A stretch of 64,000 nt of DNA from Hyaloraphidium curvatum SAG 235-1 (lineage: Eukaryota; Fungi; Monoblepharomycota). The first letter of the stretch is position 1. Every line of letters starts with the position of its first letter. The stretch covers positions 372,001 to 436,000 of the forward strand of contig JAIVFI010000019.1 in assembly GCA_025558095.1 (NCBI GenBank). The letters run 5' to 3'. This document shows, piece by piece, positions 47,155-61,518 of this stretch. Under the pieces are notes generated by a model. It was given only the letters and a program-made list of their open reading frames with translations. It had not been told where the DNA came from and did not search any database. Made by a program: the position numbers and the translations under genes.

Positions 47155-49429
47155 TCAAAAGAAGTTTGCTTGGAACTGCTGGGCTTGCGCCTGCTGCGTT
47201 TGCCCATAGCCGTACCCTTGCGGGGTATTCCAGTTCTGACCCTGCGTAGAGGGTCCCGCAGCCATGGCATTCAACGACGGCTGGGCCGCGTTCCACTGAA
47301 GCTGCTGTCCGGCGCCGGCGTCGGATCCCACAGCCCCGAATGGGTTGTTCGCGGCCGGCTTCGGGGCCGAGCTCAGCGCGCTGGAGCTCAAATTGACCAG
47401 ACCGCCATAGTCACTCGCAGCTCCGTAGTTTGTCGGGGTGGCGGTACTGGATGCAATGTTCATGCTCGGCACAAAGCGCGAAGCGGGCTGCGAGTGCGTG
47501 AGAACGGAGACGAAGGGAGGGAGATGACAGCGCCTACTTTTGCTGCCACGGGTCCCGTTGCACTTCTTGTCGGAGCGGGCTTCGGCGCGGTGGCAAGGGC
47601 AGCGAACGGGTCATCGGCAGGCTGGGGCGCGCCGAAAGGATTCGGTGCGCTGCCATCTCCAAAACCTTGCGAATCCCCGTATCCCGACGACATGCCCACT
47701 TGTGCAGAAATGCTAGCCAGGAATCAGCGTCAGTCAAATGCCTCTAAACCCCAACGCATCGGTCATACCTCGGGCCCCGGCTCGAGGCAAGGTTGGCGAA
47801 GGGGTCAATCTGGACCGCATTGCGCGCTATGGACGCAATCTGGGCGTTTGGAGTGCCACCGGCGATCTGAAACACGTGTCAACAGAAGGCCGTTGCGGTC
47901 CCAATGCCGCCGAACCTGGTGCGGCAGGGGTCGTGCGCCGGAACCGCCGTCAAATGCGGCTCCAAAGGGGTTGTAGCCAGAGTCTCCGCCGTTGGGAGCC
48001 GTTCCGAAAGGGTTCGACTCGGCGGCGCCGTAAGGTTGCTGGTATCCGCTGTTCGTGCCCCCGTATCCGCCTCCCCCGTAGTCCCCTCCGTAACCCATTG
48101 GCTGCTGCGGGTACCCCTGCTGCCCGTAGTATCCTCCCTGACCGCCGAAACCCATGTTGCCCGCGGAATCCGTGCGCTGGTACATTGGGACATTCGTCTG
48201 TATCGCCGGGCTGTTGAAATCAAAGAGGTCTGGTTCGGGCTGCCGGCGACTCATTTGTCGCCGGCGTTCCTCTTCCTTTTGGCGCGCCTCGGCCTCGCTG
48301 AGGCGAAGAGCGCGCTGGAGGTCGTCGTCGCTGGCACAACCGGCGTGAGCTACACCGAGCTAGAACCTGGAACTGACCAACCTTTCTGTCACGGCTCTGG
48401 TCAACATGGCCCGCTTCCTCTCGTCCTCGGCCGCAGTCCTCCGGCTCTCTTCCAGCGCGCGCTGCAGGTCCGCGTCGTCCGCTGTTGCGGAAGCGTTTGC
48501 TGCGGGCCGCGCCACGGAAGGCGTTGGCGGCAGCTCCGCATCACGGTTGTAGCTCGTGGGGCTCTGGGAGCCTGTGCCGCTCCGGCTGCCGTACCCGTCG
48601 TTCCCGTAGCCCCAGTCGTCCGTTGGACCCATCCGCGAAACCATGTCCTTCCGCGTCCGCCTCTCTTCCTTGAGCCGTGCCTCATCGGCAAGCAGCATCG
48701 TTATCTCCTTGCACTTTTGCCGCACTGAAGGGGCAAGGCAGCTCGTCAAGGGTCTCGACTGACCACACATGCCCACTCACCGTTCGCACCCTGATCTTTC
48801 CCGTCCTCGTCGACGTACTGGAACTCCTTCAACGTCTTGATGACGTACATATTCTCCCGGGTGTAGGCGATGATGGCCTCCGAGCCCGCGTGCAGGAGGT
48901 AATCGAGGAGAATAAGGGCCTTGGGGGCGGTGGAACGCGTCAGACCCCGCCCTGGTTCTCCAAGGATATTCAACGGCACACCTTGAAGACGTGCCGCCAG
49001 TTCTTGCCCGAATCATTCAGCCGCTTGTCGACAATCTCCATGATGTCCATGAAGTCCTTGCTGAGTCGCGGAAGGCGCCAGAACCCCCATCAGAGCCCGC
49101 CGCAGCGTTTCCGCCCCGTCCAGATGCTCACTGGTTGTACGTGCAGTCCGCAATCTCCTGCATGAGCGTGCCGGAAGGTCCCCAGGGGTCGTTGGACGTT
49201 GCTGTCCCCCGGCAAGGTCAGCCCAATGTCCCGACGTTGCTCCGGCACCTGCCGCGGGCCGCGGAGCCACGCACCTTCCCGGACCTTTACTTGCACGTCC
49301 GTGTACCCCTTCACCAGGTTCTTGCTGGAGCAGCGTCGAGGCCGGATGGGTTCGCGTCAGGGAGGGGCACACTGAACCAAAACAGAGGGGGCCGCACGTG
49401 CTCCGCATCACTTGCTTCCCGAACGACAT
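47155..49429 (-). CDS. Epsin (ENTH domain, UIMs, NPF motifs); multi-exon
   Basis: KNLVKGYTDVQVK, NDPWGPSGTLMQEIA, KNWRHVFK, LLDYLLHAGSE, FQYVDEDGKDQG, DADLQRALEES, several NPF/DPF motifs. Confidence 0.93.
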
Positions 49430-49501
49430 CGTTGCGAAGCGGGATGAGGGAAACGGGAGCCGGGGTGGGGGAGGGAGAGCAAGGGGCCCGACTCCTGAGG
49501 C

Positions 49502-49559
49502 CCTTTGAAAGGTGGAGCTGATCGTACCAGCCTTTGAAAGGTGGAGCTGATCGTACCAG
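49502..49559. repeat. Perfect 29-bp tandem duplication
   Basis: cctttgaaaggtggagctgatcgtaccag occurs twice in tandem. Confidence 0.95.
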
Positions 49560-49578
49560 CAAAAAAGTAAGGCAAAAT

Positions 49579-50562
49579 CTATTCATTCGACTTGCCATTG
49601 GCAAGGGATCCACGAAATCTTTCAACGACGATTGCGAGCAAGTTTTCATCCACTCCATTCGCGGCAAGCACTGCCTTGATTGCAGCCCAAAGATCGGCCT
49701 GACCCGTTGCGTCGTGATGATCAGTGTCCCATCAGAACCGCGGCACGGCAGGAGGCCACCTTTCCTAGCAGCTCCAGCAACCGCTCTTCCACAGATGGGC
49801 CTGCCGGGACGGCTTCTGGCGGCGATCCTCTGGGCCCGGTCTGCTCTTCTGTAGGCTCCGTTCCCTGTGCTTTGGCAGCCGACGGCGCTGCGGCCGCTTT
49901 CACCATGAGATGCAGTGTAGAGTCGGGCCCGAGGTTGTAGGAGCCGACAGTCCGATCGTCCTGGAGTGCCTTGCCTGTCCAGCATTCCGGTCCGTGTCAC
50001 GGGTGGCGTCTTGATCGGCACGAAACATCCTACCGGAGAACACCAATCTCTGCGTCTCCGATGAGACGCCCGAAGCCTCGGCTATGAGGGCCTTGAGGCG
50101 CTCCACGGTGTCCCCGGCACTTGTGTTCACGGTCACGGTCTTGTTCCCCTTCATGAGCTTGACCTTGACGGAGAACGGAGCGTCTTCGACTTGCCGGGCC
50201 GAGCCATGCTTCTTGTCAAGATCCCAGAATCGCGACCGGAGTTGAGTCCTACCTTCGTCCATCTCCCCATCGTCGCGATCGGCCGACGTCGCAGTCTGGG
50301 CGTACTGTGAGTGTCCGGCAACCGGTTCAGCTAGAGTCCGTGGTAATCAACAAGAGAAGGCATTCCACCTTGAGCTCGAAGGGTCGGCTGGGAGTCGGAA
50401 GGTGCGCCGCGGGTTCATCGGCCGGAGGTTCAAAGTCCGGCTTGAACACGACGGGCTTCGTCCCGAGCTTGGCCAGGAACGTCTGCAAAGAGTCCGTTGT
50501 TCCAGCGCAATCACAATGACGCGTAGGGGTCGGACCTTGACGAATGCCACCTCAGCAGCCAT
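49579..50562 (-). CDS. Get5/Mdy2 (UBL4A-like) ubiquitin-like protein; multi-exon
   Basis: MAAEVAFVK/TFLAKLGTKPVVFKPDF N-domain, UBL (TVERLKALIA..QRLVFSG/KALQDDRTVGSY), C-terminal DLWAAIKAVL helix. Confidence 0.75.
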
Positions 50563-50648
50563 TGTCGTGGCGCGCGAAGGGGATGAACAGGCCGCCTGGC
50601 GCATACGGCGGCGCTCGATCGCACGGGTCACCTTGGCAGTCCCCAACA

Positions 50649-51995
<1,347 letters not shown>

Positions 51996-52063
51996 GGGAG
52001 GAGAGGATGCCGTTGGCTGCCCGTTTGTTCTTTTGCACGGTGGCAGTGTTGATATCGTTAGTG

Positions 52064-53194
52064 CTATGCGCCTTGCTGCAGGCTGCCGAGGAGAGATAGA
52101 CGCCAGTTCCAGTAGTTGACTCGGACCGGATCGATCTCGTCCCGCAGCGCCGTCAGCATCTGTCAGACAGGGCTCAGTCTCCAGAGCGAGGCCCGCCTTT
52201 TCCATGCCCACCGCTGTGCAGTTGCTCAGCGCATCTGCGACCCCCGCTGCCGCCTGACTCTCGTAGTAGTCGGCCAGGAAAAGATACAGAGGCCGGGACA
52301 CGGTTCCCTTGGCGACCAGGTCGAAGCAGAACTGCAGGACATGCGGGCAGTCGCTGAAGTCGATCGCCGAACCCCCGGATCCGAGCGACAGCACCCTAGA
52401 GTTCGGCACACCTTCAACTCTCCTACTCCGGGGTTCCTTCACGGCCACGCAACTCACCCCCGAAGGTACTGCCAGGGGCTCTCGTTGGCCGGGGCGACCA
52501 AGATGTTCTCCATGGCATAGAGTGATTCCTTGTGCGCATCTGCCTTCCACGGACCCTCCGGAGCGCACTTCAGCACAAAGAAGCGGTGGTTCCAGGCCGA
52601 ATTGTTGCGAACATCGGTCCGAATCAGCGCGTCCATGTCCGCCATTTCGTCCTTCCACGCGTTGAAGCGGCGGACTACCCATTGGCTTGCGATCGACACG
52701 TCAAGCGCTGGCCAAACCGTGCACGGAAGGTCCTACCGATAGGACCAAGCGTGGTAGTTCTTGGCGTCATCTTCCATGAGCAGGGAGTTTATGAACGGCC
52801 GTTCCCTGACGGGATCCCCGAGCTTATCCGCCACCAGCTGCCGATGATGCCAAATCTGGTAGCTTTTCGGATGCTCGGCAGCCATCTGGTCGACAAAGTC
52901 CAGCTCGTCCCACAGGTTCTTCCCGAGCTCCCACAGCGCGTCTTGCCGGTACTTCCAGACCGTGTAGTGCGCGGGGTTCCACGACAGAATGGTCCCCGTG
53001 AGTTCCAGGCCCCTCTCGCTGATCTCCCCCTTGGCGCACAGGGCGCGGAAGTAGCCCATAGCGTCCGCGTACTCGGGCGCGTACGCGATCGACACGGGCG
53101 GGTTCGGCGTGGGCTCCGGCACGGGGATGGGCGATAAATCGCTCCATTCCGGGCGCGATGCGTACAGAATGTGGACCTCTTGCTCGTCCTCCAT
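52064..53194 (-). CDS. RAM2: Protein farnesyltransferase/geranylgeranyltransferase-I alpha subunit
   Basis: PPTA repeats NPAHYTVWKYR, PKSYQIWHHR, KNYHAWSYR, RNNSAWNHR, NESPWQYLRG; ends IDPVRVNYWNWR. Confidence 0.95.
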
Positions 53195-53469
53195 TGGAGC
53201 GACGGCGTGGCGCAAGGCCAGGGGACGAACGGGACAAAGAGCTGAAGAAGCACGATCGCGGAAATTTCGACAGACGATCGGGGGGCGGTTCGCACCACGG
53301 TGGAATGCGCTGCGGGCGCGTCGGAACTGCCTTACGTTCGCTTCGGAAGCTACAGACTGCGTCTTGGAGCATAGGGGCCCGTGGAGCTCGCTTCCGTGGC
53401 GCCGTCGCGTCTACCGTTGCGAACCCAGTGTTGTCACCCTGTCCCTCGCGTTCTTTCCGAGCGTTTCCC

Positions 53470-55762
53470 ATGTCGGTGCCGGGACCTGTACCGGATCGCA
53501 TCATCATCAAAGTAGGTTGCCCCTTCGTCGCAATTGCCGGACCGTGCCAAGCCGTGTGGCCCCGTATCAGGAGCTCCGACTTCGCGGGGTCGTGGGGGCG
53601 GACTCGTGGGAGCGGCTCAAGCAGCAGCCTCTCGTGGTGTCCATTTGCTTGGACTCGGACACTGCCGGAGCGGGCAAGACGGACTCGCTGTCGCGTTCGG
53701 TGAACTACAGCACGGTTGCCAAGTTCGTCCAGGACATCGTCGAGGCTCGGGGCCCGCACAAGTCGGCCGCAACCTTGGCCGGCGACCTTGCATGGCGATG
53801 TCTCGATCACTTTGGCATCGACGGGATCACCGTGCGCGTGGAGGTCCCCAGGGCGGTGCTCCACGCCGGTTCGGCGGGCGTCGAGGTCACCCGGCGCAGA
53901 GGCCGGAGCGAACCGCTCCTCGATTGCTATTTCCTGAAGGACTTGCGCGTCAGCACCATAATCGGCGTGAACCCGTGGGAACGGGAAGAAAAGCAGGTTG
54001 TTTCAATCAGCGTTGAGGCCTTTGCCAAGGCAGCCGAGCAATCCGGCGAGCACCACGCGGCGGCCCGGTTCCGGCGGATCGAGCAGGTCATTGTGGACCA
54101 GGTGGCCAAGTCCGCGTACCTGACGATCGAGGCCTTGGTCTCGTCGATCGCCGGAATCTGCCTGGAGCGGTTGGACCTGGCAAGGATCCTGGTGCGCGTC
54201 GAGAAGCCGAGCGCGCTGCCTTTCGCCGCGGCCGCAGCGGTGGAGATCGTCCGCGAGAGCGATTCCGGTCGCGGACGGCCCAGTCGTGCCGCTGTCGCAG
54301 ACGGCCAACACGTTGCCCACGTGGCCCTCGGCTCCAATATCGGCGATCGCGTGCGACACATTGCTGATGTTGTGGAGCTGCTGGAACGAAGGGGCTGCCG
54401 CATCCTCGACACGTCTTTCTTGTACGAGACCCCTGCCATGTACGTCACCGAGCAGCCGTCGTTCATCAACGCCGTGTGCAAGGTGCTGCTGCCACCCGTC
54501 TCCCTCGAACCCTGCTGACGCCTTTGCGGCAGATTGCTACCGCCTTGACGCCGAGCGAGTTGTTGGCATGCGTGAAATCCATCGAGACGGAACTGGGTCG
54601 CACCCCCACGGTTCGCAACGGACCGCGCGTGATTGATCTGGACATTCTGTTTTACGACGCGTTGGAGGTCAAGGAAGACAATCTGGTCATCCCGCACCCC
54701 CTGATGCAGGAACGCGAGTTTGTGCTGCGGCCGCTGTGCGAGTGAGTGATACCCACGGTGCTTTTTGCGTCGCTCTGACGTGCTCCGTCCCCCAGCATTG
54801 CCAGGGATCTTGAGCATCCGTCCCTTTACACGACATGCGGCTGGCTCCTGCGTCTTGTTCCCCACACGGCCCCGGACGAATCGATAGCCAGGGTCTTGCC
54901 GATCGGAGGGCGCATGTGGACCGGGAAGGATGGACCCTACGTCATGGGTATCCTGAATGTCACTCCGGACAGTTTCAGCGACGGCGGCTCCTTCAACGCG
55001 CTCGATGCTGCGGTCGATCGTGCCTTGCAGATGGTCGAGGAAGGCGCCGCCATCGTCGACGTGGGCGGCATGTCGACCCGTCCCAACGCCGAGGAGATTT
55101 CCGAGGAAGAGGAGCTGGAGCGCGTTGTGCCGGTGATTCGCGAGCTGCGTCGCAGGGACCTGAAGGCGCCCATCTCGATCGACACTTACCGATCGCGCGT
55201 GGCCCGCGCGGCGATCGAGGCCGGTGCGGACATCATCAACGATGTCAGCGCGGGGGATTTGGATCCGGACATGCTGTCGACGGCGGCGGAGCTCGGCGTC
55301 CCGATCTGCCTGATGCACATGCGCGGCAACCCCCGGACCATGACGACCCTGACGGCGTACGACGGCGAGGACGTCGTCGCCGGCGTCGCAAAGGAGCTCG
55401 CGGACAAGGTGCGAAAGGCCCTCCAGGCCGGCGTGCGCCGGTGGAACATTATCCTGGATCCGGGTCTGGGGTTCGCCAAGACGGCCGAGCAGAACGTGGA
55501 GCTGCTGCGTCGCCTTGCCGAGCTCAAGAGGGAGGGCTCGGGCCTGGAGGGATTCCCCTTGCTGGTGGGAGCTTCGCGGAAGGGTTTCATCGGCAAGCTG
55601 CAGAACGAACCGGACCCCAAGAAACGGACGCAGGGGACGGCGGCCGCGTGCTACGCCGCCATGGCGGGGGGTGCGGAGATCCTCCGCGTGCACGACGTCA
55701 AGGAGATCTCCGAGATGGTCCGCGTGGCGAGGCACTTTCTGCCGGGCTCGCACGCGACCTAG
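53470..55762 (+). CDS. FOL1: Trifunctional folate synthesis protein (two DHNA domains, HPPK, DHPS)
   Basis: GADSWER..SVNYS and IIGVNPWER (DHNA); ALGSNIGDR, GPRVIDLDILFY, PHPLMQEREFVLRPL (HPPK); MGILNVTPDSFSDGG, DPGLGFAK, SRKGF, RVHDV (DHPS). Confidence 0.96.
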
Positions 55763-55764
55763 TT

Positions 55765-57142
55765 CTATAGGAACACCTCCTGGGCTTCGTAGCAGGCCGG
55801 GCAATGGTACATGTCGACCGAAAAGTCCTGCGGGTGCGCGCGGCCCCTGAGCGAGACCCGCCTGCCCGAGGGGTCCGACAAGGTGTCCGAAGGCGCGGAA
55901 GCGGCCGGGTCCGGCCCGGCAGAAAGGTCCGCGTCCCCATTGGAAAGCCCGGCAATGGAACCCGCATCCAAGGCGCGCTGCCTCTGCTCGACGAACTTCA
56001 CGATGAAGCCCGGGATCTCGTCCACCTGTGCCGACAGGCGCTCCGAAATCTCCCGCTCCTTTGCGAGTTCCTCCGCGAGGCGCACGTTCTGCTCCGCGAG
56101 TGCCTGCAGCTGCGCCCGGAGCTCCTCGTCGCCGGCGGCGGCGACAGGCGCCTCGCCGGCTGTGGGGGCGTCGGCGATCCTCCCGTTCGCGTCCTCGTGG
56201 ATGCTCTTCCTGGCGGCCAGCCGCGGAGACGGATCGGGCGAGTCGGTCTGTGCCGCCAGGTGGCGCTGGGCGGTGTCGAGCGCCAGGGTAAGGGACGCGT
56301 TGGACGACGCGAGCTCCGCCAGCTTCCCCTGCAGCTCCGAGCGTTCCTCGAGCAGCCGGTTGTTCTCGCTCGCGAGTTTCTCGGTCTTGCTCTTCCACGT
56401 TAACGCGAGGTCCTCGCGTACCTGGGGCGGGACAGGGGAGGGGATCAGCCGGGCACCACAGACGGCGCCAGCGACCCACCGTCAGGTTGCGGACCTTTGT
56501 CTCGAGCATCTCGATCGATTTCTCCAGCATGAGGCTCCGTTCGTTCGCCTCGTCGCGCTCCTGCCGTGCCGCCGCCACGTTCTCGCGCAGCCCGACGGCC
56601 TCGTTGTTGAGCGCCTCGACCTGCCTCGTGGCGTCGCCCAGACGGCGTTCCAAGTCCGCCAGGGCATCCCGGGCCGTCCGTTCGGCCTCGGCGTGTGCGG
56701 CCAACGACGCAGCATCCCTCTCCCGCTCCAGCAGCAGCGCGGCCAGCTTCTCGCCGGCCTGGCCCGCGGCGGCGGCGGTGACCTCCAGCTCCGAGACCCT
56801 GCCCGTGAGCGAGCCAATTGTCCGCTTCAGCGCCTCGTTCTCGTCCAGCAGTTCGCGCTCTTTGTCCGCGTTGCCGGGCGGCGACGGTTGGGCGCGTGCC
56901 GCTGCAGCCTCGGCCTGCAGCCCGTCCGCGCGGGCGCGCTGCTCGTCGAGCGCGGCCAGCAGCTCGTCCTTCTCGCGAATTAATTGCGCGACGGCGGCGT
57001 CGGGTGTTTGCGGCGGGGCGCCCTCCGGCGAGAACGGCCGCGGCCGGTCGTTGCGCAGCTCGCCGCGCGCCCGCAGCTTCTTCTGCACGGCCTTCTTGAG
57101 CTCGGCCAGATCGGGCCGCGACTCGGCCTGCACCGACGACAT
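55765..57142 (-). CDS. Coiled-coil protein, possibly a GM130/golgin-A2-like Golgi tether
   Basis: Basic N-terminus (ELKKAVQKKLRAR), long heptad repeats, IPGFIVKFVEQR, C-terminal HCPACYEAQEVFL. Confidence 0.5.
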
Positions 57143-57243
57143 GGCGGGACGGCGGGGAGTGATTCGCGCTGATTTGGTGCGGCCTGTGATCGCACACCCA
57201 CCCCGATCACAGCTTCGCACTTCGCACACGCAACCTGCGAACG

Positions 57244-59775
57244 ATGAACACGTACTCGCCGCAGCTGCCCGGCAAAAAAGCAGAGGCCGCGCAGGCCACG
57301 ACGGGCCGGTGGTCGCCGCTGCCGTCCTTCGCGCCCGCCGCCCCCCTGAGGGCAAACGGCGTCGCGGCGCCCGCCGGCGCGTCGGAGCTGCAGAAGGCGT
57401 TCCTGCAGCGCCGCGGCGAGCTGCTGACGTCCATCGACGGCTCGCGCTCGCTGCTGAGGGACCTGAAGGCCGCGCCGACGCTGGGCTTTGCCGCGCAGTA
57501 CCCGCTGCGGATACCATCGACGCTGTCCAAGCCGCCCCTGCCCGACGCGCGCTCGCAGGCGACCCTAGCCGGATCGCGCAGCTCGGACAGCGTGGCGGCC
57601 CCCCGGGATGCCGCCCCCGTCGCCGATGGTTGGGCATCGGCGCCGGGCACCGAGGCGGCGGACATTGACCTCGACGACGGGTCGCCCCTCAACGTACTGA
57701 AGGTGGACGTCAAGGGCCCGGCCCCCCCGACCTCCTGGATGGCCAACCTGCTCCAGGAGAAGCTGGTGGAGGCGTCGTCGTACCTGGACAGGCTCTTTAA
57801 CCGCATCTCGGACACGAGCTCCAAGGTGTTTGTCACCGGGGACCTGAACGCGGGCAAGAGCACCTTCGTGAACGCGCTGCTGCGCCGCGAGGTGGTGCCA
57901 CAGGACCAGCAGCCCTGCACGACCTCGTTCTGCGAGGTCATCGACGCGAACCAGAACGAGGGCCGCGAGGAGGTGCACGCCATCGTGGACCCGGAAAAGT
58001 ACAACCGCACGGACCCTTCCACCTTTGCGCGGTACGACATCCGGCACCTGGACAGGATGGTGACGGAGAACGCGGAAAAGCACGAGTACACGCTGTTCAA
58101 GATCTACTGCAACGACAAGCGCCTCCCGGCCGAGAGCCTCATCAAGAACGGGCTCGTGGACATCAGCCTGATCGATTCCCCGGGCCTCAACATCGATTCG
58201 CTAAAGACCACGGCCAACTTTGCCAAGCAGGAGGACATCGACGTCATCGTGTTCATGGTCCATGCCGAGAACCAGTTCACGCTCTCGGTGGGGATGGCCC
58301 GGATCACGGGCGCCGCGCGACGCTGACCCGCCGTCCGCAGGGCAAGGAGTTTCTGCAGAACGCGGGCAAGGAAAAGGCCCACGTTTTCATCGTCGTGAAC
58401 CGCTTCGACATGATCGAGGACCAGGAGCGCTGCAAGCGCGACATCCTCGAGCAGGTCCGGAAGCTGTCGCCCGAGACCTACGCGGACGCAAAGAACCTGG
58501 TCCACTTTGTGAGCGCCAAGAACTGCATGAAGCAGTCCCAGGCGACGGGAGAGACCCCGGCCGATTTCGACCAGCTGGAAAAGTCCCTGCGGACCTTTGT
58601 CCTGGAGAAGCGGTTCCAATCCAAGCTGGCGCCGGCCAAGACCTACCTCAAAAACCTGCTCACGGACGTGGAGGTCATCGCAAAGTTCAACGCCGGTCTG
58701 GCCGAGGAGCGGATGGCCAAGGCGGTGAAGGAGCTCGACGAGGCCGCGCCGTCCTACAACCAGATGCTCGAGGTGAAGGAAAAGGTCCTGGACGACATCG
58801 ACAAAACCATCGACCAGACCAGCGCCGATGTTCAGAAGAACACGCGCGACAACCTGGACGGTTTTCTCTCCAGCCTGGAAGAGCAGACGAAGGAGGTCGA
58901 ATGGCGCGGCCTGTTGTACACGTTCCAGTACGCAAGGGACGTCAGGGCGCACCTGTACTCCACGGCTTCGGATCGCGTCAAGGAGGTGGAGCAGTTCGCG
59001 GTCTCAAAGTCGAAGGAGTGCATTTCGGGCCTGCAGCAGGCAATCACGGAGTGTTTGCCTGCGGACAATGCCGAGGCTGCGGGGCGGCCGGCACCGGACG
59101 TCTTTGAGGGCGAGGCGCCGTCTTCCAAAAGTGCCGGCGCGGGGGCCCAGGCGAACGGTTCCGCTGCGGTCGTGCCCGCCGCCGTGTCGCTGGAGCTCGG
59201 GGACTTTTTCGACCTCTCGGATCGCCTCGAGCTGGTCAAGGAGTATGTTCCCAGCCTGACGATGATCGCTTCCGGGATGTACGGCTACACGAAGCTCGCG
59301 GACGAGATCATGAAGTACGGCTACCAGGGCCTGCTCAACCTCGGCAGGTTTGCTTTTGTCTCGCTCGCAGTAGCAGGTGGGTTTGTCGGCTGTGCTCCAC
59401 GTGTCGCGCGGCGCTGAAGCGGGCACCCCAGGCGTCGGAGCCTTCATCTACACCCTGACGGACATGGAGTCCGTGCTGTCCAAGAAGATGTCGCGCAAGG
59501 TGCGCCAGCAGTTCCAGCAGATGCAGTGGGTCGAGAACCACGTGGAGCGCACGGGGCGGGCCACGCGACGGGCGCTCCGATTATCGATCTGGGACCTCCA
59601 GAACCGCTTCTACCGCCAGCTGGACGAAACTCAGAAGAAGCGGAGCCGTATCGAGGCGGACAAAGAGGAGGCGAGGAAGGCGGCAGAGTACTGGAAGGGC
59701 ATGGTGGACCAAACGGGGAAGCTGGAGGAGGCGGTCCAGCGGATCGACGTCACGGATCACGTTTCTTCGGCATAG
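57244..59775 (+). CDS. FZO1: Mitofusin (mitochondrial fusion GTPase), 2 introns
   Basis: SKVFVTGDLNAGKSTFVNALLRR, PQDQQPCT..FCEV, DISLIDSPGLN, FIVVNRFD, KLAPAKTYL, two hydrophobic segments near the C-terminus. Confidence 0.95.
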
Positions 59776-59868
59776 GCGTCTGGGGCCGGGCAGCTGCGCG
59801 TTAGCAGTGTCCGTTCGCGCACCAATGTAGAGTCACAGCGGTGACAGCGAGGGGGGCCGAATGCACGT

Positions 59869-60878
59869 TTATTGCCGCCGGGCAGCAGCCTTCCGCTTGT
59901 CCATCTTCACGGAAACAGCGGTCTCGTTTGCCTTCGCAACCTTCTTCTCCTCCTCCGCAAGCACCAGCTCAATGTGGGACGGCGACGACATGTAGGCTAA
60001 GCGGTCGGCGGGTCAGCACGCCGGCCGCAACTCCACGCAACGTGACACGCACCGTTGATGCGGCCGTGGGCCCGGTATGTCCGCCTCCGGCCCTTGGGCG
60101 CCTGGTTGACCTGGATGTACTTGACGATCAGGCTGTCGACGTTGAGGCCCTTGACCTGCGACCGCCAAGATCCGTCACAAAAGGTTCCGTTCCTTCCCCT
60201 GGCGCCAAGGCACACCTCCGCATTGCTCTCCGCGTTCTTCAGCAGCCCAAGGACGAACTCGGCGCTCTTGACCGGCCACCGCCCCTGCGACATGCCGTGG
60301 GCCTTGGCCTGCGCCGTCCGGCCGACGCCGCCGTGGAAACGCCGGAAGGGCACCGCCTGCTTGTGCTCCTTCACATCCTCCAGGAACGCCACGGCCTTCT
60401 TCAGCTTCAGGCCCTGAATGGCCTTTGCCGTCTCCCGGGTGTTCTTGAAGTGCACCTGCCGACAACGTCCCATGTAAGCCTCCCGTCGTCCCCTGTCCAG
60501 AAGCAAGCGCCTGACGACGCACCCGAAGGTAAGAGCCCCGCGCCTTGGCGACTGTTGTTCGGGAAAGGCCAAGACCACGGGAGTAGCGATGGGGTTGGAG
60601 GCAGAACGAAACGCAGGCGACGCGAATGGCGACATCGAAGGACAGAGACGTGTCAGCATGTCCGCAGTAGGTAAAAAGACCTCCCCTCCTCGGCCCTCTG
60701 GTCTCTGCCGTGTGTGCACGCTGTTGTCCCGCCAGCAGCACTCCACCGCAAGTCGTCGGATGTCGCACAACCCCACGGCCCTTCCCAGCAGAGCCGCCGG
60801 CCCCAATCGCCACGCCACCAAGTGTCGGCGACGCGCACCTTTCGTCTCGTCCTCGACCTGCGCCGCGTAGCGAACCAT
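59869..60878 (-). CDS. RPL17: 60S ribosomal protein L17 (uL22), 4 introns
   Basis: MVRY.., [49 protein letters not shown]. Confidence 0.97.
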
Positions 60879-60974
60879 GGTGGAGTTGGGTGTTGGGCCT
60901 GAGGTGGATCGGATGTGAAATGGTCAACACTAGGTTGGGTAAAGGCTTTCCAACTTTGAACCCGTGTCTTCGAC

Positions 60975-61518
60975 ATGAAGCGAAAGTAGGCTTACAAGAG
61001 CTCTCTGCCGGAAGCCGACTCAATATTGGACGCCCCGCCCCACCTCCCTGGCCCCCTTCACCGCCCCTCCTTCCTTTCCCCTGCGCTGTCGGCATGTCCG
61101 CGTCCTCCCGTGTCTCCCCAGGTACAAGACCAAGTTCCCGGTTTCCCGGATCAAGAAGATCATGCGGGTCGACGAGGAGGTGGGCAAGCTCGCGCAAGCG
61201 ACACCAGTGCTCGTCTGTGGGTCGCCGCGTCCTTGCCCGGCCGGCGTCCCGCTGAAGCGCCCCGGAATCGCCAGCCAAGGTCTTGGAGCTGTTCCTGCAG
61301 TCCCTCATCGACGAGACCTGCAAGGAGACTGCGGCACAGGGTGCAGCAAAGATGACGCCGGAGCACTTGTGGGATCGCGTCTCTCGCCTTGGCCGCGACC
61401 CCGCTGACCTGGATTGGTCCGCAGGAGGGCTTGTGTCAAGAACACGGAGAAGTTCGACTTTCTGGACTCGGTCGTCAATAAAGGCGCGTTGCCTGCGGAC
61501 GTCGAGGATGAAACCTGA
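60975..61518 (+). CDS. BUR6: NC2 alpha (DRAP1/Bur6) histone-fold protein, 3 introns
   Basis: Splices to [51 protein letters not shown]. Confidence 0.9.

Noticed and set aside
49502-49559. Possible CRISPR repeat (29 bp, contains TTGAAA)
   Set aside because: Two directly adjacent copies with no spacer, no cas genes, and a eukaryotic context.
53927-57637. 1236-aa minus-strand ORF
   Set aside because: It joins the real golgin first exon to antisense read-through of FOL1 and FZO1. Long shadow ORFs are expected at this GC content.
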